This document shows positions 1-10,651 of a stretch of 61,089 bases of DNA, in pieces; within the stretch, counting starts at the first letter, position 1; every line of letters begins with the position of its first letter. The notes under the pieces are model-generated. The model saw only the letters and a program-made list of their open reading frames with translations, did no database searches and was not told the origin of the DNA. Made by a program: the position numbers and the translations under genes. Source of the DNA: Minisyncoccota bacterium (GTDB lineage Bacteria; Patescibacteriota; Minisyncoccia; Phycocordibacterales; UBA1006); the NCBI GenBank assembly GCA_021734445.1, contig JAIPIY010000004.1, positions 1 through 61,089 of the forward strand, read 5' to 3'.

Positions 1-30
1 GGAGGGGGAGAAAAAAAAATTAATTTTCCA

Positions 31-70
31 ACAAAAAAAGGCCGCCCCCCTGGGGTGACGCCTTTTTTGT
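31..70 (-). terminator. Intrinsic terminator after rpsR
   Basis: Imperfect GC-rich hairpin (AAAAAGGCGTCACCCCAGGGGGGCGGCC on minus) followed by a T-run, 10 nt after the rpsR stop. Sits at the window edge. Confidence 0.65.
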
Positions 71-79
71 GGTATTTCT

Positions 80-289
80 TTAGGCTTGGATATAAGGAAG
101 GAATCCCATAAATCGAGCGTGCTTGATAGCCAAAGACAGTTGTCGTTGGTATTTTGAAGAAACCCCTGTTCTCTTTCGAGGAAGTATTTTTGCATTTGGT
201 GATAAGAATTTTTTCAATAATTCTGTATCTTTGTAGTCAATATGTTTAATACCATGAGAAGTAAAATAACATTGTTTGTTTGATTTCAT
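80..289 (-). CDS. rpsR: 30S ribosomal protein S18
   Basis: IDYKD..LL.KF....KILPR.RTG....QRQL..AIK.AR..G.LPY signature; rpsF-ssb-rpsR synteny. Confidence 0.97.
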   Translation of the reverse strand: MKSNKQCYFTSHGIKHIDYKDTELLKKFLSPNAKILPRKRTGVSSKYQRQLSLAIKHARFMGFLPYIQA

Positions 290-312
290 AGCGATAAAAA
301 AATTACTAATAA

Positions 313-783
313 TTAGAAAGGTATATCATCAGGATTTGCTTCGTCATCTGGATATTCAATAGTATCCATAGCAGGAGGCATTTCTGATTCCGATTGCCCT
401 CCTCCTGCAGATGATTGACCTGATGTTGAACCTGTTCCTGTATTTGGTGCCCCACCAGAACGTGGCCCAAATTGTACTCGATCTGCTACAACTTCTGTTC
501 TGTATTTCTTTGTTCCATCTTTGTCATCCCAACTACGAGTAGTAAGACGTCCTTCGATCATCGTCATAGCACCTTTTGCAAGATACTGTGCTGATGTTTC
601 TGCCTGACGACCAAATACCACAATATTGTGATAATCAGTTGATTCTTGGCGTTGACCATTTTGGTCTTTCCATACACGATTCGTCGCAAGAGAGAAAGAA
701 GTTACCTTTGCCCCACTGGGTAAAGATCGCATTTCTGGTTCTCGGGTTAGATTTCCAATAAGAAGGACTTTGTTTAAATACAT
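313..783 (-). CDS. ssb: Single-stranded DNA-binding protein
   Basis: [16 protein letters not shown]-fold start, Gly/Ser linker, acidic DDIPF tail. Start set at MYLNK; ORF track extends to 798. Confidence 0.97.
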   Translation of the reverse strand: MYLNKVLLIGNLTREPEMRSLPSGAKVTSFSLATNRVWKDQNGQRQESTDYHNIVVFGRQAETSAQYLAKGAMTMIEGRLTTRSWDDKDGTKKYRTEVVADRVQFGPRSGGAPNTGTGSTSGQSSAGGGQSESEMPPAMDTIEYPDDEANPDDIPF

Positions 784-825
784 ATACATAAGGCGCAAAG
801 CGCGATGCCCTATTGGGCGTTATTG

Positions 826-1365
826 TTAATCAATGATCAGATTTTCAATACTTTCATCAATCACTTCTTCGTCCACAGGCTCTGCTGATTCTGTTGATTC
901 AGTCGCAGGAGTACCAGTAGCAGTGTGTACTGGTTCGTCAGCTGATTCACGTGCAGGTCGTGTTTGAATACGTCCTGTTACCATAGTATTTTCACGTACA
1001 GTAAGAATACACAGATAACGAAGTAATTGATTATTTCCATCCAATAATTTTTGGATTTCTGGAATATGATGTGGCATAACTTCGAATTTTACCCACCCAA
1101 AATAAGCGGTAGAAAAACGAGTATGCTTGTTATCAAGAACTTTTATCATCGTGTACGCCAATGGCATTAACTTTGGATATTCTTCTGAGATAACCTGTGC
1201 TCCTTTTCCAAGGATCACGTCTTTTATTGTAGTAACAGCCTGAGGCAATTCTTCTTCCCCTATTGAAGGGATAACAAGATAGCCAACTTCATAAATACGA
1301 GGTTCTTGTGTTTCGTATTTAAGTTCAATATCATCTAATGATGATTCTTTTTCGGTTTTTGACAT
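826..1365 (-). CDS. rpsF: 30S ribosomal protein S6 with acidic extensions
   Basis: YEVGYL...LAY.M.K......AYFGWVKF...LLRYL core; position upstream of ssb. Confidence 0.9.
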   Translation of the reverse strand: MSKTEKESSLDDIELKYETQEPRIYEVGYLVIPSIGEEELPQAVTTIKDVILGKGAQVISEEYPKLMPLAYTMIKVLDNKHTRFSTAYFGWVKFEVMPHHIPEIQKLLDGNNQLLRYLCILTVRENTMVTGRIQTRPARESADEPVHTATGTPATESTESAEPVDEEVIDESIENLIID

Positions 1366-1458
1366 ATATTTTTCACCGGTAATCCGTTAATCGGATTCCC
1401 CAAATAAAGATTGGGGTGCTTTTAATTCATAATATATCCCCTCGACTGGGATGGTTGT

Positions 1459-1487
1459 AGAATAGCATAAAAGGGGTAGGCTGGCAA
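1459..1487 (-). promoter_or_regulatory. Sigma70-type promoter for rpsF-ssb-rpsR
   Basis: Minus strand TTGCCA-N17-TATTCT, with TG one base upstream of the -10. Confidence 0.55.
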
Positions 1488-1622
1488 CTAGGAATTAGCT
1501 ACTAGCTAGCGAGTAAGAAATACATTAAATAACAATAATTTCATTATTAAACTATTACTTTTTGGGTATGCAAAAAGTGATGAAGTTTGAATTAGAAATC
1601 TCTAGAGACTTATAACTTGAAA

Positions 1623-2468
1623 TTAGAAATCAAACAATCTCTTTGCATTTTGCAGTAATACTGTCTGCACTTCTTCAATTGGTAATTGTTTTATTTCAGC
1701 GATTTTTTTGATGACTTCTAAAACATATACGGGTTCATTACGTTGTCCCCTGTGTGGCGCCGGTGAAACATATGGGCAATCAGTTTCTGCATGAATTCTA
1801 TCCAATGGGACATATTGAATTAATTCTTCATATTGTTTTGCAAACGTAATAACCCCGGTAAATGACATATCAAATCCAATATCCATAAATTGCTGTGCAA
1901 TATCTGCGGTTCCTGCAAAAAAATGTACATCTCCACGCAATGTATCTCCTGCTGTTTCTTTGTATTCACGTAATATATTTAATACATCCATATACGCATC
2001 ATACGTTCCCTGTGATGGACGCACATGCAACATGAGTGGAAGATTCAGCTCAATAGCCAGTTCAATCTGTGCACGAAAAGCTATTTCTTGGACTTGTTTT
2101 GTATCGTGATCATTTCGATAATAATCAAAACCGCATTCCCCTATACCAACTATACGGTCACTGGATTTTGCAAGTTCTTTATATTTTTCTGTATCGAAAA
2201 TCTCTCCACGAGAAGAAAAAGATTTATTACCTTCGCCTAATTCATCTTCGTCATGATGTGTTGCTGTTGTATGAATAGGATGTAATCCAATAATCGCATA
2301 ACAGGTATCGTACATGCCTGCCATTTCAACTGCTTTTTTCGATGTATCGTATTGCGTGCCAATATTTATCATTGATACACCAGAATCTTTTGCACGCAAA
2401 ATAACATCGTCACGATCATTGTCGTACGCAGCAAAATTCGTATGAGCGTGAATATCAATGTTTTTCAT
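1623..2468 (-). CDS. tatD: TatD family DNase/hydrolase
   Basis: IDIHAH, IGLHP, GIGECGFDY, LMLHVR, ETDCPY and RNEP motifs. Confidence 0.93.
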   Translation of the reverse strand: MKNIDIHAHTNFAAYDNDRDDVILRAKDSGVSMINIGTQYDTSKKAVEMAGMYDTCYAIIGLHPIHTTATHHDEDELGEGNKSFSSRGEIFDTEKYKELAKSSDRIVGIGECGFDYYRNDHDTKQVQEIAFRAQIELAIELNLPLMLHVRPSQGTYDAYMDVLNILREYKETAGDTLRGDVHFFAGTADIAQQFMDIGFDMSFTGVITFAKQYEELIQYVPLDRIHAETDCPYVSPAPHRGQRNEPVYVLEVIKKIAEIKQLPIEEVQTVLLQNAKRLFDF

Positions 2469-2475
2469 ATTCAGA

Positions 2476-3414
2476 CTATCTTTTTCTTTTCGCTAAAAAC
2501 GTAATCACCACAGCGGTTAATCCAACTAATAACCCAACAAGAATGCCAACCAAGAAATTAGAATCTGTGGTAGTCTTTGTAGATTCAATAGGAGTATCTA
2601 ATACAGGAGTTAATTCATCTTGTTGTTTTTCATTGTTGTCCTCTTTTACTTCCGGTTCATCTTTTGGGTCTTCTGGTTTGGGTTTAGATGTCTCAGAAAT
2701 AGATGCAGAGCGTGGATAAAAACCTTTCTCGGTTAATTCACCATTAATAGTAACTTTTTTACCTAAAGTAGGGTCTGATCTATCCCCTTGAATATTAGAA
2801 CTTAAAATAAGAAAATCTTTTTCTTGTCCTATACTAAATTCCGAATTACACTGACCTGGTATTGTCGAAGCAACAGATGTGATTTTAATAGGAAAAAATA
2901 ATTCTCTTATGTAACAAGGATAATTGTATTCCTTGCCACACATTACTGGAGGTGTTATTAATTGATCTAGACGAACAGCTTCTGTTATTTCTCCTTCAAT
3001 AGAGCAATTATTAATAACTTTCTTTTCAGTAATTAATGGATTTATTTCATTACTCTCATCATCAATAGTAAAATCAATAAACCTATTTTCTAATAAACTT
3101 GCAGTTATCGCTGCAGGCAACATATCTAATGGGAAAAAGTACTGTTGACGCCTTCCCATAAAAGGACAGTGACTTGGCTCCGCTGATAATGGTAGTGGGT
3201 CAGATTGTATAAGATAAATATCTAAATAATATCCTGATGACCGACCATCTGGGTTTATGTTTTCAAAATAGAAAGCTTTTTCAATAACGCCCCCTATTTG
3301 ACACGAACGTATTACGGGAACCATTGTAAGTGCATCGACACTCACCGGTACCATCGCAACTCCAGAAATGGCAACCAAACTTGTTATAAAAATTGAAAAT
3401 AGTTTTTTAGGCAT
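2476..3414 (-). CDS. Secreted, C-terminally anchored hypothetical protein
   Basis: Signal peptide, two similar Cys-bracketed modules, Pro/Glu/Lys linker, C-terminal TM helix followed by KRKR. Confidence 0.75.
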   Translation of the reverse strand: MPKKLFSIFITSLVAISGVAMVPVSVDALTMVPVIRSCQIGGVIEKAFYFENINPDGRSSGYYLDIYLIQSDPLPLSAEPSHCPFMGRRQQYFFPLDMLPAAITASLLENRFIDFTIDDESNEINPLITEKKVINNCSIEGEITEAVRLDQLITPPVMCGKEYNYPCYIRELFFPIKITSVASTIPGQCNSEFSIGQEKDFLILSSNIQGDRSDPTLGKKVTINGELTEKGFYPRSASISETSKPKPEDPKDEPEVKEDNNEKQQDELTPVLDTPIESTKTTTDSNFLVGILVGLLVGLTAVVITFLAKRKR

Positions 3415-3467
3415 ATAATATACGTGATTTATAATACCATTTCAGTATATCAGAGATTTATGCCTTT

Positions 3468-4910
3468 TTATACCTTTCGTGCAAACAGGGGTTCTGCAGG
3501 TTTTTCTCTTTTTTCGATTAACATTCGCATTTTTTGTGCAGTTTCTGGCATGATGGGTTGTAGCTGTACTGATATTTTTGCCAATCCTTGCAATACTTCG
3601 AATACATCATTTCGCGCCTGGTCAGGATTAATCTTGAAAACTTTGAATGGTTCACGTTCAGTAATCAATTTATCCAATGCAGTGATTGCATGCCAAATAT
3701 CGTTTGTTACTTCGGTGTAATCAAATGTTTCATATGCGGGATTCGCCACTGTAGAAAATTCTGGAAATACCAATCCACTACAATCGACATCATAACTTTG
3801 TGCCATGGTTAGCGTACGTGATACCAGGTTTCCCAATCCGTTCACCAAATTCGAATGATACGCATCTGAAAACCGTTCAACAGTAAATGGTGAATCATCC
3901 CAGGTACTGATTTCTTTTGTTAAAAATAATCGCAGTGTATCGGTACCATATTCTGAAACCATATCTCGAGGGTCAACCACATTACCCAATGTTTTTGACA
4001 TACGAATACCACCATCACCCGTAATAAATCCGTTGATAATAATCTGGTGACTGTTTGGCAAACCCACTGCCATTAACATCGCCTGCCACATTGCAGATTG
4101 AAAACGATTATTATCTTTACCACAATATTGCGTTGGTGTTCCGTTTACCCAATAGTGATTAAATTTATCGTCATTTGAAAAAGGATTACCCAATGTTGAA
4201 ACATAATTGGTCAGCGCATCAAACCATACGTACATTACATGATCGTCGTCATTCGGTACCGGAATTCCCCATGGCATTTTTTCTTTTTTTCGTGAAATGG
4301 AAAAATCTTGCAATCCCCTACCAACAAATTCTTTTATTTCTTTAAAACGAAAATCAGGCACCACAAACATTGGGTGTTGATTATAAAATTCAATCAATTT
4401 TTCTGTGAATGCAGAATATTTAAAGAAATAATTTTCTTCGTCGATATGTTGCAATGGTTGCCCAGGATGTTCAGGACATTCTTCGTTCACCAATTCAGAA
4501 TCAGTTTTTTCTGATTCACAGCCTTTGCAGTATTTTGCTTGATATGGAGCTTTGTAAATATATCCATTCTCCAGAGCACGATTCCAAAATGCTTTTGCGA
4601 TTTCGATATGATGCGCGTCTGTTGTTCGTACAAAATGAATTGTATCCATAATGCCAAATTGTTGTAGCTGTTCTTTAAATGTTGCAAAACCACTATCGAC
4701 AAATGTTTGTACATCGACACCCTCTGACTGTGCTTTGTCATAGATTTTTACCCCATGCTCATCGGTACCAGTATTAAAATAAACATCATATCCCATCAGT
4801 GTTTTATATCGTGCCAAAATATCAGCACGTACAAATTCCAAAGCATGCCCCATGTGTAACGGTGCATTCACATACGGTAATGTGGTAGTAAGGTAAAAAG
4901 ATTTATGCAT
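3468..4910 (-). CDS. metG: Methionyl-tRNA synthetase (short form)
   Basis: YLTTTLPYVN, HMGH, GTDEHG, YVWFDAL and RMSKTLGN motifs; no C-terminal tRNA-binding appendix. Confidence 0.97.
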   Translation of the reverse strand: MHKSFYLTTTLPYVNAPLHMGHALEFVRADILARYKTLMGYDVYFNTGTDEHGVKIYDKAQSEGVDVQTFVDSGFATFKEQLQQFGIMDTIHFVRTTDAHHIEIAKAFWNRALENGYIYKAPYQAKYCKGCESEKTDSELVNEECPEHPGQPLQHIDEENYFFKYSAFTEKLIEFYNQHPMFVVPDFRFKEIKEFVGRGLQDFSISRKKEKMPWGIPVPNDDDHVMYVWFDALTNYVSTLGNPFSNDDKFNHYWVNGTPTQYCGKDNNRFQSAMWQAMLMAVGLPNSHQIIINGFITGDGGIRMSKTLGNVVDPRDMVSEYGTDTLRLFLTKEISTWDDSPFTVERFSDAYHSNLVNGLGNLVSRTLTMAQSYDVDCSGLVFPEFSTVANPAYETFDYTEVTNDIWHAITALDKLITEREPFKVFKINPDQARNDVFEVLQGLAKISVQLQPIMPETAQKMRMLIEKREKPAEPLFARKV

Positions 4911-4912
4911 AA

Positions 4913-5968
4913 CTATGATGTTTCAGAAGATAATTTCCCTTTTTCAATATCAGAAACGAATTCAAGTAACCCTACGGTAACTGGCATAGCAATGATAACC
5001 CCCAGAAATCCACCCAATGTAGCCCCAACGACCAATGAAAGAATTACAATCAAAGGCGGCATTCCAATCACCCGCTTCATTACCAGTGGGTAGATAACGT
5101 GACCCTCTAATTGTTGTACGATAATATATAATACAACGATATAAATTGCCAAAGGCATTCCTCCTGCCAAAAAACCAATCAACGCAGCGGGAATACCGGC
5201 CAATATTGAACCAAAAGGAACTAATTCAAACAAAAATGCCAACAGTGCAAGTAAAAATGCATACGGTACACCAAAAATAATTAATCCTACGTATACCATG
5301 ATTCCCACAAACAACGCTGCTAACAGCTGACCGCTGAACCAAATTTCAATTTTTCGTTGTGATCGATTCCATAAATCAACCGCGTATTTTTCATGCGATG
5401 AAGGCAATACCAAACGAAGGAATTTTTCAATTCCCTTTTCTTCGACAGCTAAAAAGAATGAGAGTACGAAAATAAGTATTCCATTGAAAACTCCACCAAA
5501 AACCAGAGTGAGATTTTCAAATATTTCTTTTGTTGCACCACCAAATTCTGTTTGCAAAGAATCAATCAAAGCCAAAGGATCTTGCTGAGTTTCCGAAGCA
5601 AGCCCAAGCATGCTTTTCATATTCTCTGGACTGAACCTTTGCAATAAATCAATCGATGTCGATTCAGGAAACAACAAGAATAAGGTACTGACTTCGGATA
5701 TAAAGACAGGAATAATGAATGAGAGAAACAAACCTATTAACCCAGCTGATACTACATATGTTATCAATACAGAAATAGCCCGAGGTATTTTTATTTTCAT
5801 TAACCAACGCACAGGTGCCTCGATAAATGATGCAATTACCACGGAAGTCAAAATGATCAACAAGATACCACGCATATAGTACATACCAATGGCAATCAAA
5901 ACAAAAAATAACGCCCAAGCGAATGTTTTTGGAGCAATAGATACGGTAGTATGATTAGCGTGTTTCAT
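4913..5968 (-). CDS. AI-2E (PerM) family transporter
   Basis: Multiple TM helices; QQLEGHVIYP and GGFLGVIIAMP motifs. Start placed 6 nt after a TGn-TATAGT box. Confidence 0.88.
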   Translation of the reverse strand: MKHANHTTVSIAPKTFAWALFFVLIAIGMYYMRGILLIILTSVVIASFIEAPVRWLMKIKIPRAISVLITYVVSAGLIGLFLSFIIPVFISEVSTLFLLFPESTSIDLLQRFSPENMKSMLGLASETQQDPLALIDSLQTEFGGATKEIFENLTLVFGGVFNGILIFVLSFFLAVEEKGIEKFLRLVLPSSHEKYAVDLWNRSQRKIEIWFSGQLLAALFVGIMVYVGLIIFGVPYAFLLALLAFLFELVPFGSILAGIPAALIGFLAGGMPLAIYIVVLYIIVQQLEGHVIYPLVMKRVIGMPPLIVILSLVVGATLGGFLGVIIAMPVTVGLLEFVSDIEKGKLSSETS

Positions 5969-6013
5969 ATACACACTATACCATATTGAATAAAACACGC
6001 CATATGGGATGTT

Positions 6014-7249
6014 TTATTTTTTCTTGGTAGGACCGACGACGACGGTATGAAATTTTTCTGGAATCAAATATTTTTTTGCAACTCGCGCAATGTCATGTAT
6101 CGTAATAGACCGAATTTTCTTTTCTCGCTCTGCAAGAGTTTTTAATGGCAGGTGCAAGGTTTCATAATGCCCTAAAGAATATGCAATATCATCGGTTGAT
6201 TCATATCCCATGTATAATCCCCCCACCAGATATTCCTGCGCGCGAGCGATATCAGTATTGGTTATTTCTTCTGTGGAGAGTTTTTGTATTTCATCAAAAA
6301 TTGCAGAGGTGACTTCGGAAACCCGAGATGGTTCTGTGCCTGTCACAATGGATATGTCTGATCCATCATCAAATGCAGTCAATGATGCGCGAACATAATA
6401 TCCTGCACCCATTTCTTCGCGTAGTCGCAAAAATAATCGAGAACCCATACCATTTCCTAAAATACACGTAGCTACCACCAAAGCTGACATATCTGGATGC
6501 TCTGCACCAGGCAATCGTATTCCTAATGCAATATGAGATTGATCGGTTTTTTTGTTCAAAATGGTCTTTTTATCTCCTGTGGTTTTTGCCAGTGGTTTCT
6601 TTTTCTGCGCTGATTGTTTTGGTAATTCTTTGAATAACTGTTTTACCTGACGAACAACATCTGCATGTGACACATTCCCAACTACTACCACGGATGTTGC
6701 ACCTGCGGTGTAGTGTTTTTTATGATATGCAATAAAATCTTTCTGAGAAAAACGAAGAATATTTTCTTTTGGACCTAATACTGTCATTCCTGCTGGCTGA
6801 TTTCCATATAATGCTTTTTGCAACGCCGTCCCCGCCTGACGTTGTGGAATATCTTGGTACATATCTATTTCACCACAGATAACACCACGTTCTTTTTCAA
6901 TTTCTTCTTTGGGAAAAGTCGAATGCAAAAAAACATCCGATACAATTTCTAGGAATTTCGATGCGTGCCGAGAAGCACCCTTGATATAATATCCAGTATA
7001 ATCGTACCAAGTAAAAGCATTGGTTTCTGCACCTAATGTTTCTATTTCATAAGCAATCGCCTTTGAGCCACGGTTTATTGTTCCCTTGAAACACATGTGT
7101 TCCAAAAAGTGCGACAACCCATTTGTTTTTTCTGTTTCGTATTTAGTTCCCGCTTCAACCATAACCAACACCGTTGTGGTTGGACTGTCTGGTTTTGATA
7201 CGGTTACCACCCGGAGACCGTTGTTAAGAATTGTTTTTTTGTGTTTCAT
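6014..7249 (-). CDS. M16 family zinc peptidase
   Basis: Inverted zincin HFLEH, NAFT and SRLF..LRE..G..Y motifs. Confidence 0.93.
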   Translation of the reverse strand: MKHKKTILNNGLRVVTVSKPDSPTTTVLVMVEAGTKYETEKTNGLSHFLEHMCFKGTINRGSKAIAYEIETLGAETNAFTWYDYTGYYIKGASRHASKFLEIVSDVFLHSTFPKEEIEKERGVICGEIDMYQDIPQRQAGTALQKALYGNQPAGMTVLGPKENILRFSQKDFIAYHKKHYTAGATSVVVVGNVSHADVVRQVKQLFKELPKQSAQKKKPLAKTTGDKKTILNKKTDQSHIALGIRLPGAEHPDMSALVVATCILGNGMGSRLFLRLREEMGAGYYVRASLTAFDDGSDISIVTGTEPSRVSEVTSAIFDEIQKLSTEEITNTDIARAQEYLVGGLYMGYESTDDIAYSLGHYETLHLPLKTLAEREKKIRSITIHDIARVAKKYLIPEKFHTVVVGPTKKK

Positions 7250-7256
7250 ATATACA

Positions 7257-8651
7257 TTAGGCTAGTTTTTCTTTCAAATATTTTTGCAAATCTTGGATCG
7301 CAATACGTTCTTGGTTTCCTGTATCTCGATCACGGACAGTTACCGTATCAGCCAATTCAGGTTTTTCTTCTCCCAATGTTTCAAAATCAATAACGATACA
7401 AAATGGAGTTCCGATTTCATCTTGTCGACGATATCTTTTGCCGATATTTCCGTTGTCATCATACATCACGTGACCGAATTCTTTCTTTAGTGCAGAAAAT
7501 ACACTACGAGCTTTTTCTTGAAGTTCTGGTCTATTCTTTAGCAATGGCGATACGCAAACCTTGTAAGGTGCTATGCTTGGTGGAAATTTCATTACAGTGC
7601 GAACTTCTTCACCAGCCATATCTTCGTAATAACAAGAGCAAAGCACTGCAAGAACTGACCGGTCAACACTGACTGTTGGTTCAAGCACGTGTGGAATAAA
7701 TTTAGTATTAGTTTCCTGATCAAGCACTTCCATAGATGTTCCTGAAAATTCTTGATGTTGTCGAAGATCGTAATCTCCACGATGCGCAAGTCCTGTCAGT
7801 TCTTTCGTTCCAAAAGGATATTCAAATTCTAGATCTACTGTTTTTTTACTGTAATGTGCTCTGGCTGTATCTGGATGTTCCAATGCATGTAATTTATCGG
7901 TAGGTACCCCAATAGTCGATAACCATTTCTTTTGTTTTTCAAGAAACTCATCAAACAATGGCTCCCATGCCATATCAGGTCGAATAAAATATTCAAATTC
8001 CATGATTTCAAATTCCCGAAGACGATAAATAAAATCACGAGGTGTAATTTCATTACGAAAAGCCTTTCCTATTTGAGCGATTCCAAAAGGTATTTTAGGA
8101 GAAACAGAATCTAGAACATTTTTAAAATTCACAAACATACTCTGAGCTTCTTCTGGTCTAAGATATGTTGTCAGGGCTGTTTCTTCAACTGCACCCATCT
8201 TTGTTGCCAACATCAAATTAAATTTTCTTACATCAGATAACGGATTCCCTTCTGGACTTTTTAATCCAAGTTCCTTTATCTTTGCATTCATCTCTTCTAC
8301 GGTTAATTTTTCAGCATCAACCCCATGTTCTTCCAGTAAATGATCTGCTCGGTATCTTTTATTGGTTTTCAAATCATCAACAAGAGGATCAATAAATTCA
8401 GTAGTATGTCCCGAAGCATCCCAAACTTTTGGGTGCATTAAAATCGGCGTATCAATAAGATACATATTACCCTGTGATGTCACGAAAAAATTCATCCAAG
8501 ATTCTTGAATATTCTTTTTCAAGAGTGATCCCAAGGGTCCATAATCATACGTCCCTGCAAGCCCCCCATAAATCTCTGAACCGGGAAACACAAACCCCCG
8601 TCTTTTTGCAAGACTTACGATTTTTTCCATTGTTACTTCTTCTGGTTTCAT
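7257..8651 (-). CDS. glyQS: Glycyl-tRNA synthetase (alpha2 type)
   Basis: KRRGFVFPGSEIYGG, YLRPE, FRNEITP and GKRYRRQDEIGTP motifs. Confidence 0.96.
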   Translation of the reverse strand: MKPEEVTMEKIVSLAKRRGFVFPGSEIYGGLAGTYDYGPLGSLLKKNIQESWMNFFVTSQGNMYLIDTPILMHPKVWDASGHTTEFIDPLVDDLKTNKRYRADHLLEEHGVDAEKLTVEEMNAKIKELGLKSPEGNPLSDVRKFNLMLATKMGAVEETALTTYLRPEEAQSMFVNFKNVLDSVSPKIPFGIAQIGKAFRNEITPRDFIYRLREFEIMEFEYFIRPDMAWEPLFDEFLEKQKKWLSTIGVPTDKLHALEHPDTARAHYSKKTVDLEFEYPFGTKELTGLAHRGDYDLRQHQEFSGTSMEVLDQETNTKFIPHVLEPTVSVDRSVLAVLCSCYYEDMAGEEVRTVMKFPPSIAPYKVCVSPLLKNRPELQEKARSVFSALKKEFGHVMYDDNGNIGKRYRRQDEIGTPFCIVIDFETLGEEKPELADTVTVRDRDTGNQERIAIQDLQKYLKEKLA

Positions 8652-8689
8652 ATTACAGCAGTATACAGATTTTTAAAAAAGACACAAAA

Positions 8690-10612
8690 TTATTGCACCA
8701 CCTTCCCATCTCCACCTACATTAGATATATCATTTAATAATTGTGTCGTATGTTGATTTCTTTGTGAACGCAATATTGCATTAGTAAATGCATCTCTGGC
8801 TGTCAAAAAGACAGTTTCGGTCAATGCAACTGAAGATCCAACCTGAGAAACTGATGGAGTTAACGAAACTTTGAATGACATGGTTCGAACCGGCTCAGAA
8901 AATCCCGTACCCAAAGAAACAACATCTGGCTTCCAGATTACTTCACGCGTTGGCGTATTGTACGTAATGGTCCCATCCGAAGGATTTGTTGTGCCTTCCC
9001 AGTTTACATACAATGGCAGTTTTGCCCGTACTTCTGTTTCTCGAGTTTGATTTGCAGTGTTACTAATCAACCATTGTAATGTATATGTTGTTTTCTGCCC
9101 TACACGAGGCGGCATAGCACCCGTATTTTGAAATGGTCCGGAATGATATAATGTTTTTGTTGCCAATGCGATATTAGTATTCACACGTGATGACAATGAA
9201 GATACATTGGTTAGGTCACGAACCAGTGCACCCTGGCTAGTATCTATACCCTGTACATCAACAGAAAAAAGAATCTCTGGATTTTGTACTACAGTATTTC
9301 CAGATTCAACAAGAGAATTTAATTCAAATGAAAAATTCAAAGTACCTGATTGATTTGCAGAGACATTACCTAATGAAGAATCTCTAGTTTTGTCCCAAAC
9401 AAGAGTCATACTGTTTGAGTCAAAGAATCCCCCTGTAACCGAAGGCAAGGTAATTACATTTTGATCATCTTGAATACGAAGACGAATTGATGCATCTTGG
9501 ATAGATGCCCCTAATGTATTTCTCCATGCTATAGAACCAGATATACGACCTGCATTACTAAGAGGGACCACCCCTGACGATTGTCCCATCACTGTAATGG
9601 TAGTATCCAAAAACGCGCTTTGCAAAAAGAATGGAGTCAACGAAGAATTCAAAATAGCTGCAAAAATTTCGTTCTGACTGGATGCTTTTGTTCCCACACG
9701 AACCCGAAGAATTTTTTCTTGTCCTGGTACCGCATTAGCCAACAACACCAATGAAATTTCTTTTGATTGCCCTGGTGAGATATCTCCAATATTCCAAACA
9801 TTTCCCTGCTCTATTTCTGGCTCTGAACGTACCAAGGTAACATCTTGGGGATATTCCACTTGTAGAACAATATCTTGCAACACAGTGGTTGCATTAGACC
9901 TCAAGGTAATTGTTGCGGGAACTTCTTGATTAGGGATAACTAATTCTGGTAAATTAACAGACAATTGTATCGGGGATGAACGCAATGTCACCATATAGGG
10001 AACTTCTTTTACGAAAATTGCATTTGATCCTTCGATACGATATTCCAAGGCAACGCGAATAGACCGCTGTGATCCTTCTTCTCCGAATAATCGCATGGTT
10101 TGTGTTTCTAATACAGACCCTCCTGCAGGAATACGTTCCAGTGGTCTACGTATACGAACCGGAGTATCCCCCAATTCTGTAGAACCTTCTGCATATTCAA
10201 TAATTAATTCTGCAAAAGAAAGAGGCGCCGTATTTCTATTAGTTAATTCCAACTGTAATTCAAATTCTTCTCCACCATCTACAAAAGTTTTTCCACCAAC
10301 AACCAAATCAATATTTCCTGTTGATACACTGTTTCCCCCACCCAAAAACGTATATACTGCAAAAATCAAAGCTCCTAGTAAAAATATTCCAGAGAATAAA
10401 AATAATTTTTTAAAGAATGATGGTTTTTTCATAGATGATTGCATAGATGAGGCTTTTTCTGAAAATGTTTTTTGTGCATCCTCCCAATTTGATGAGATAT
10501 CAACAACATGATCACGAAGACGCGCTCGTCGTCGAAGAGACGGTGGTTTTTTGCTTTGATATAAATTATTCTCGGTGGTTTCTATAAACCCCTTTTTTTC
10601 AGATTCAGACAT
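8690..10612 (-). CDS. Membrane-anchored beta-rich (Ig/DUF11-like repeat) protein
   Basis: Single N-proximal TM helix followed by repeated beta-sandwich-like segments (WNIGDISPGQSKEI, TYTLQW.ISN). Confidence 0.7.
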   Translation of the reverse strand: MSESEKKGFIETTENNLYQSKKPPSLRRRARLRDHVVDISSNWEDAQKTFSEKASSMQSSMKKPSFFKKLFLFSGIFLLGALIFAVYTFLGGGNSVSTGNIDLVVGGKTFVDGGEEFELQLELTNRNTAPLSFAELIIEYAEGSTELGDTPVRIRRPLERIPAGGSVLETQTMRLFGEEGSQRSIRVALEYRIEGSNAIFVKEVPYMVTLRSSPIQLSVNLPELVIPNQEVPATITLRSNATTVLQDIVLQVEYPQDVTLVRSEPEIEQGNVWNIGDISPGQSKEISLVLLANAVPGQEKILRVRVGTKASSQNEIFAAILNSSLTPFFLQSAFLDTTITVMGQSSGVVPLSNAGRISGSIAWRNTLGASIQDASIRLRIQDDQNVITLPSVTGGFFDSNSMTLVWDKTRDSSLGNVSANQSGTLNFSFELNSLVESGNTVVQNPEILFSVDVQGIDTSQGALVRDLTNVSSLSSRVNTNIALATKTLYHSGPFQNTGAMPPRVGQKTTYTLQWLISNTANQTRETEVRAKLPLYVNWEGTTNPSDGTITYNTPTREVIWKPDVVSLGTGFSEPVRTMSFKVSLTPSVSQVGSSVALTETVFLTARDAFTNAILRSQRNQHTTQLLNDISNVGGDGKVVQ

Positions 10613-10651
10613 GTAACCAGTATACCATGTACCGATACATGAAAAAAGACC

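Noticed and set aside
1488-1625. CTAG-rich degenerate short repeats in intergenic DNA (similar patches near 11250-11280 and 38350-38380)
   Set aside because: Too short and irregular to define a repeat unit or a function.
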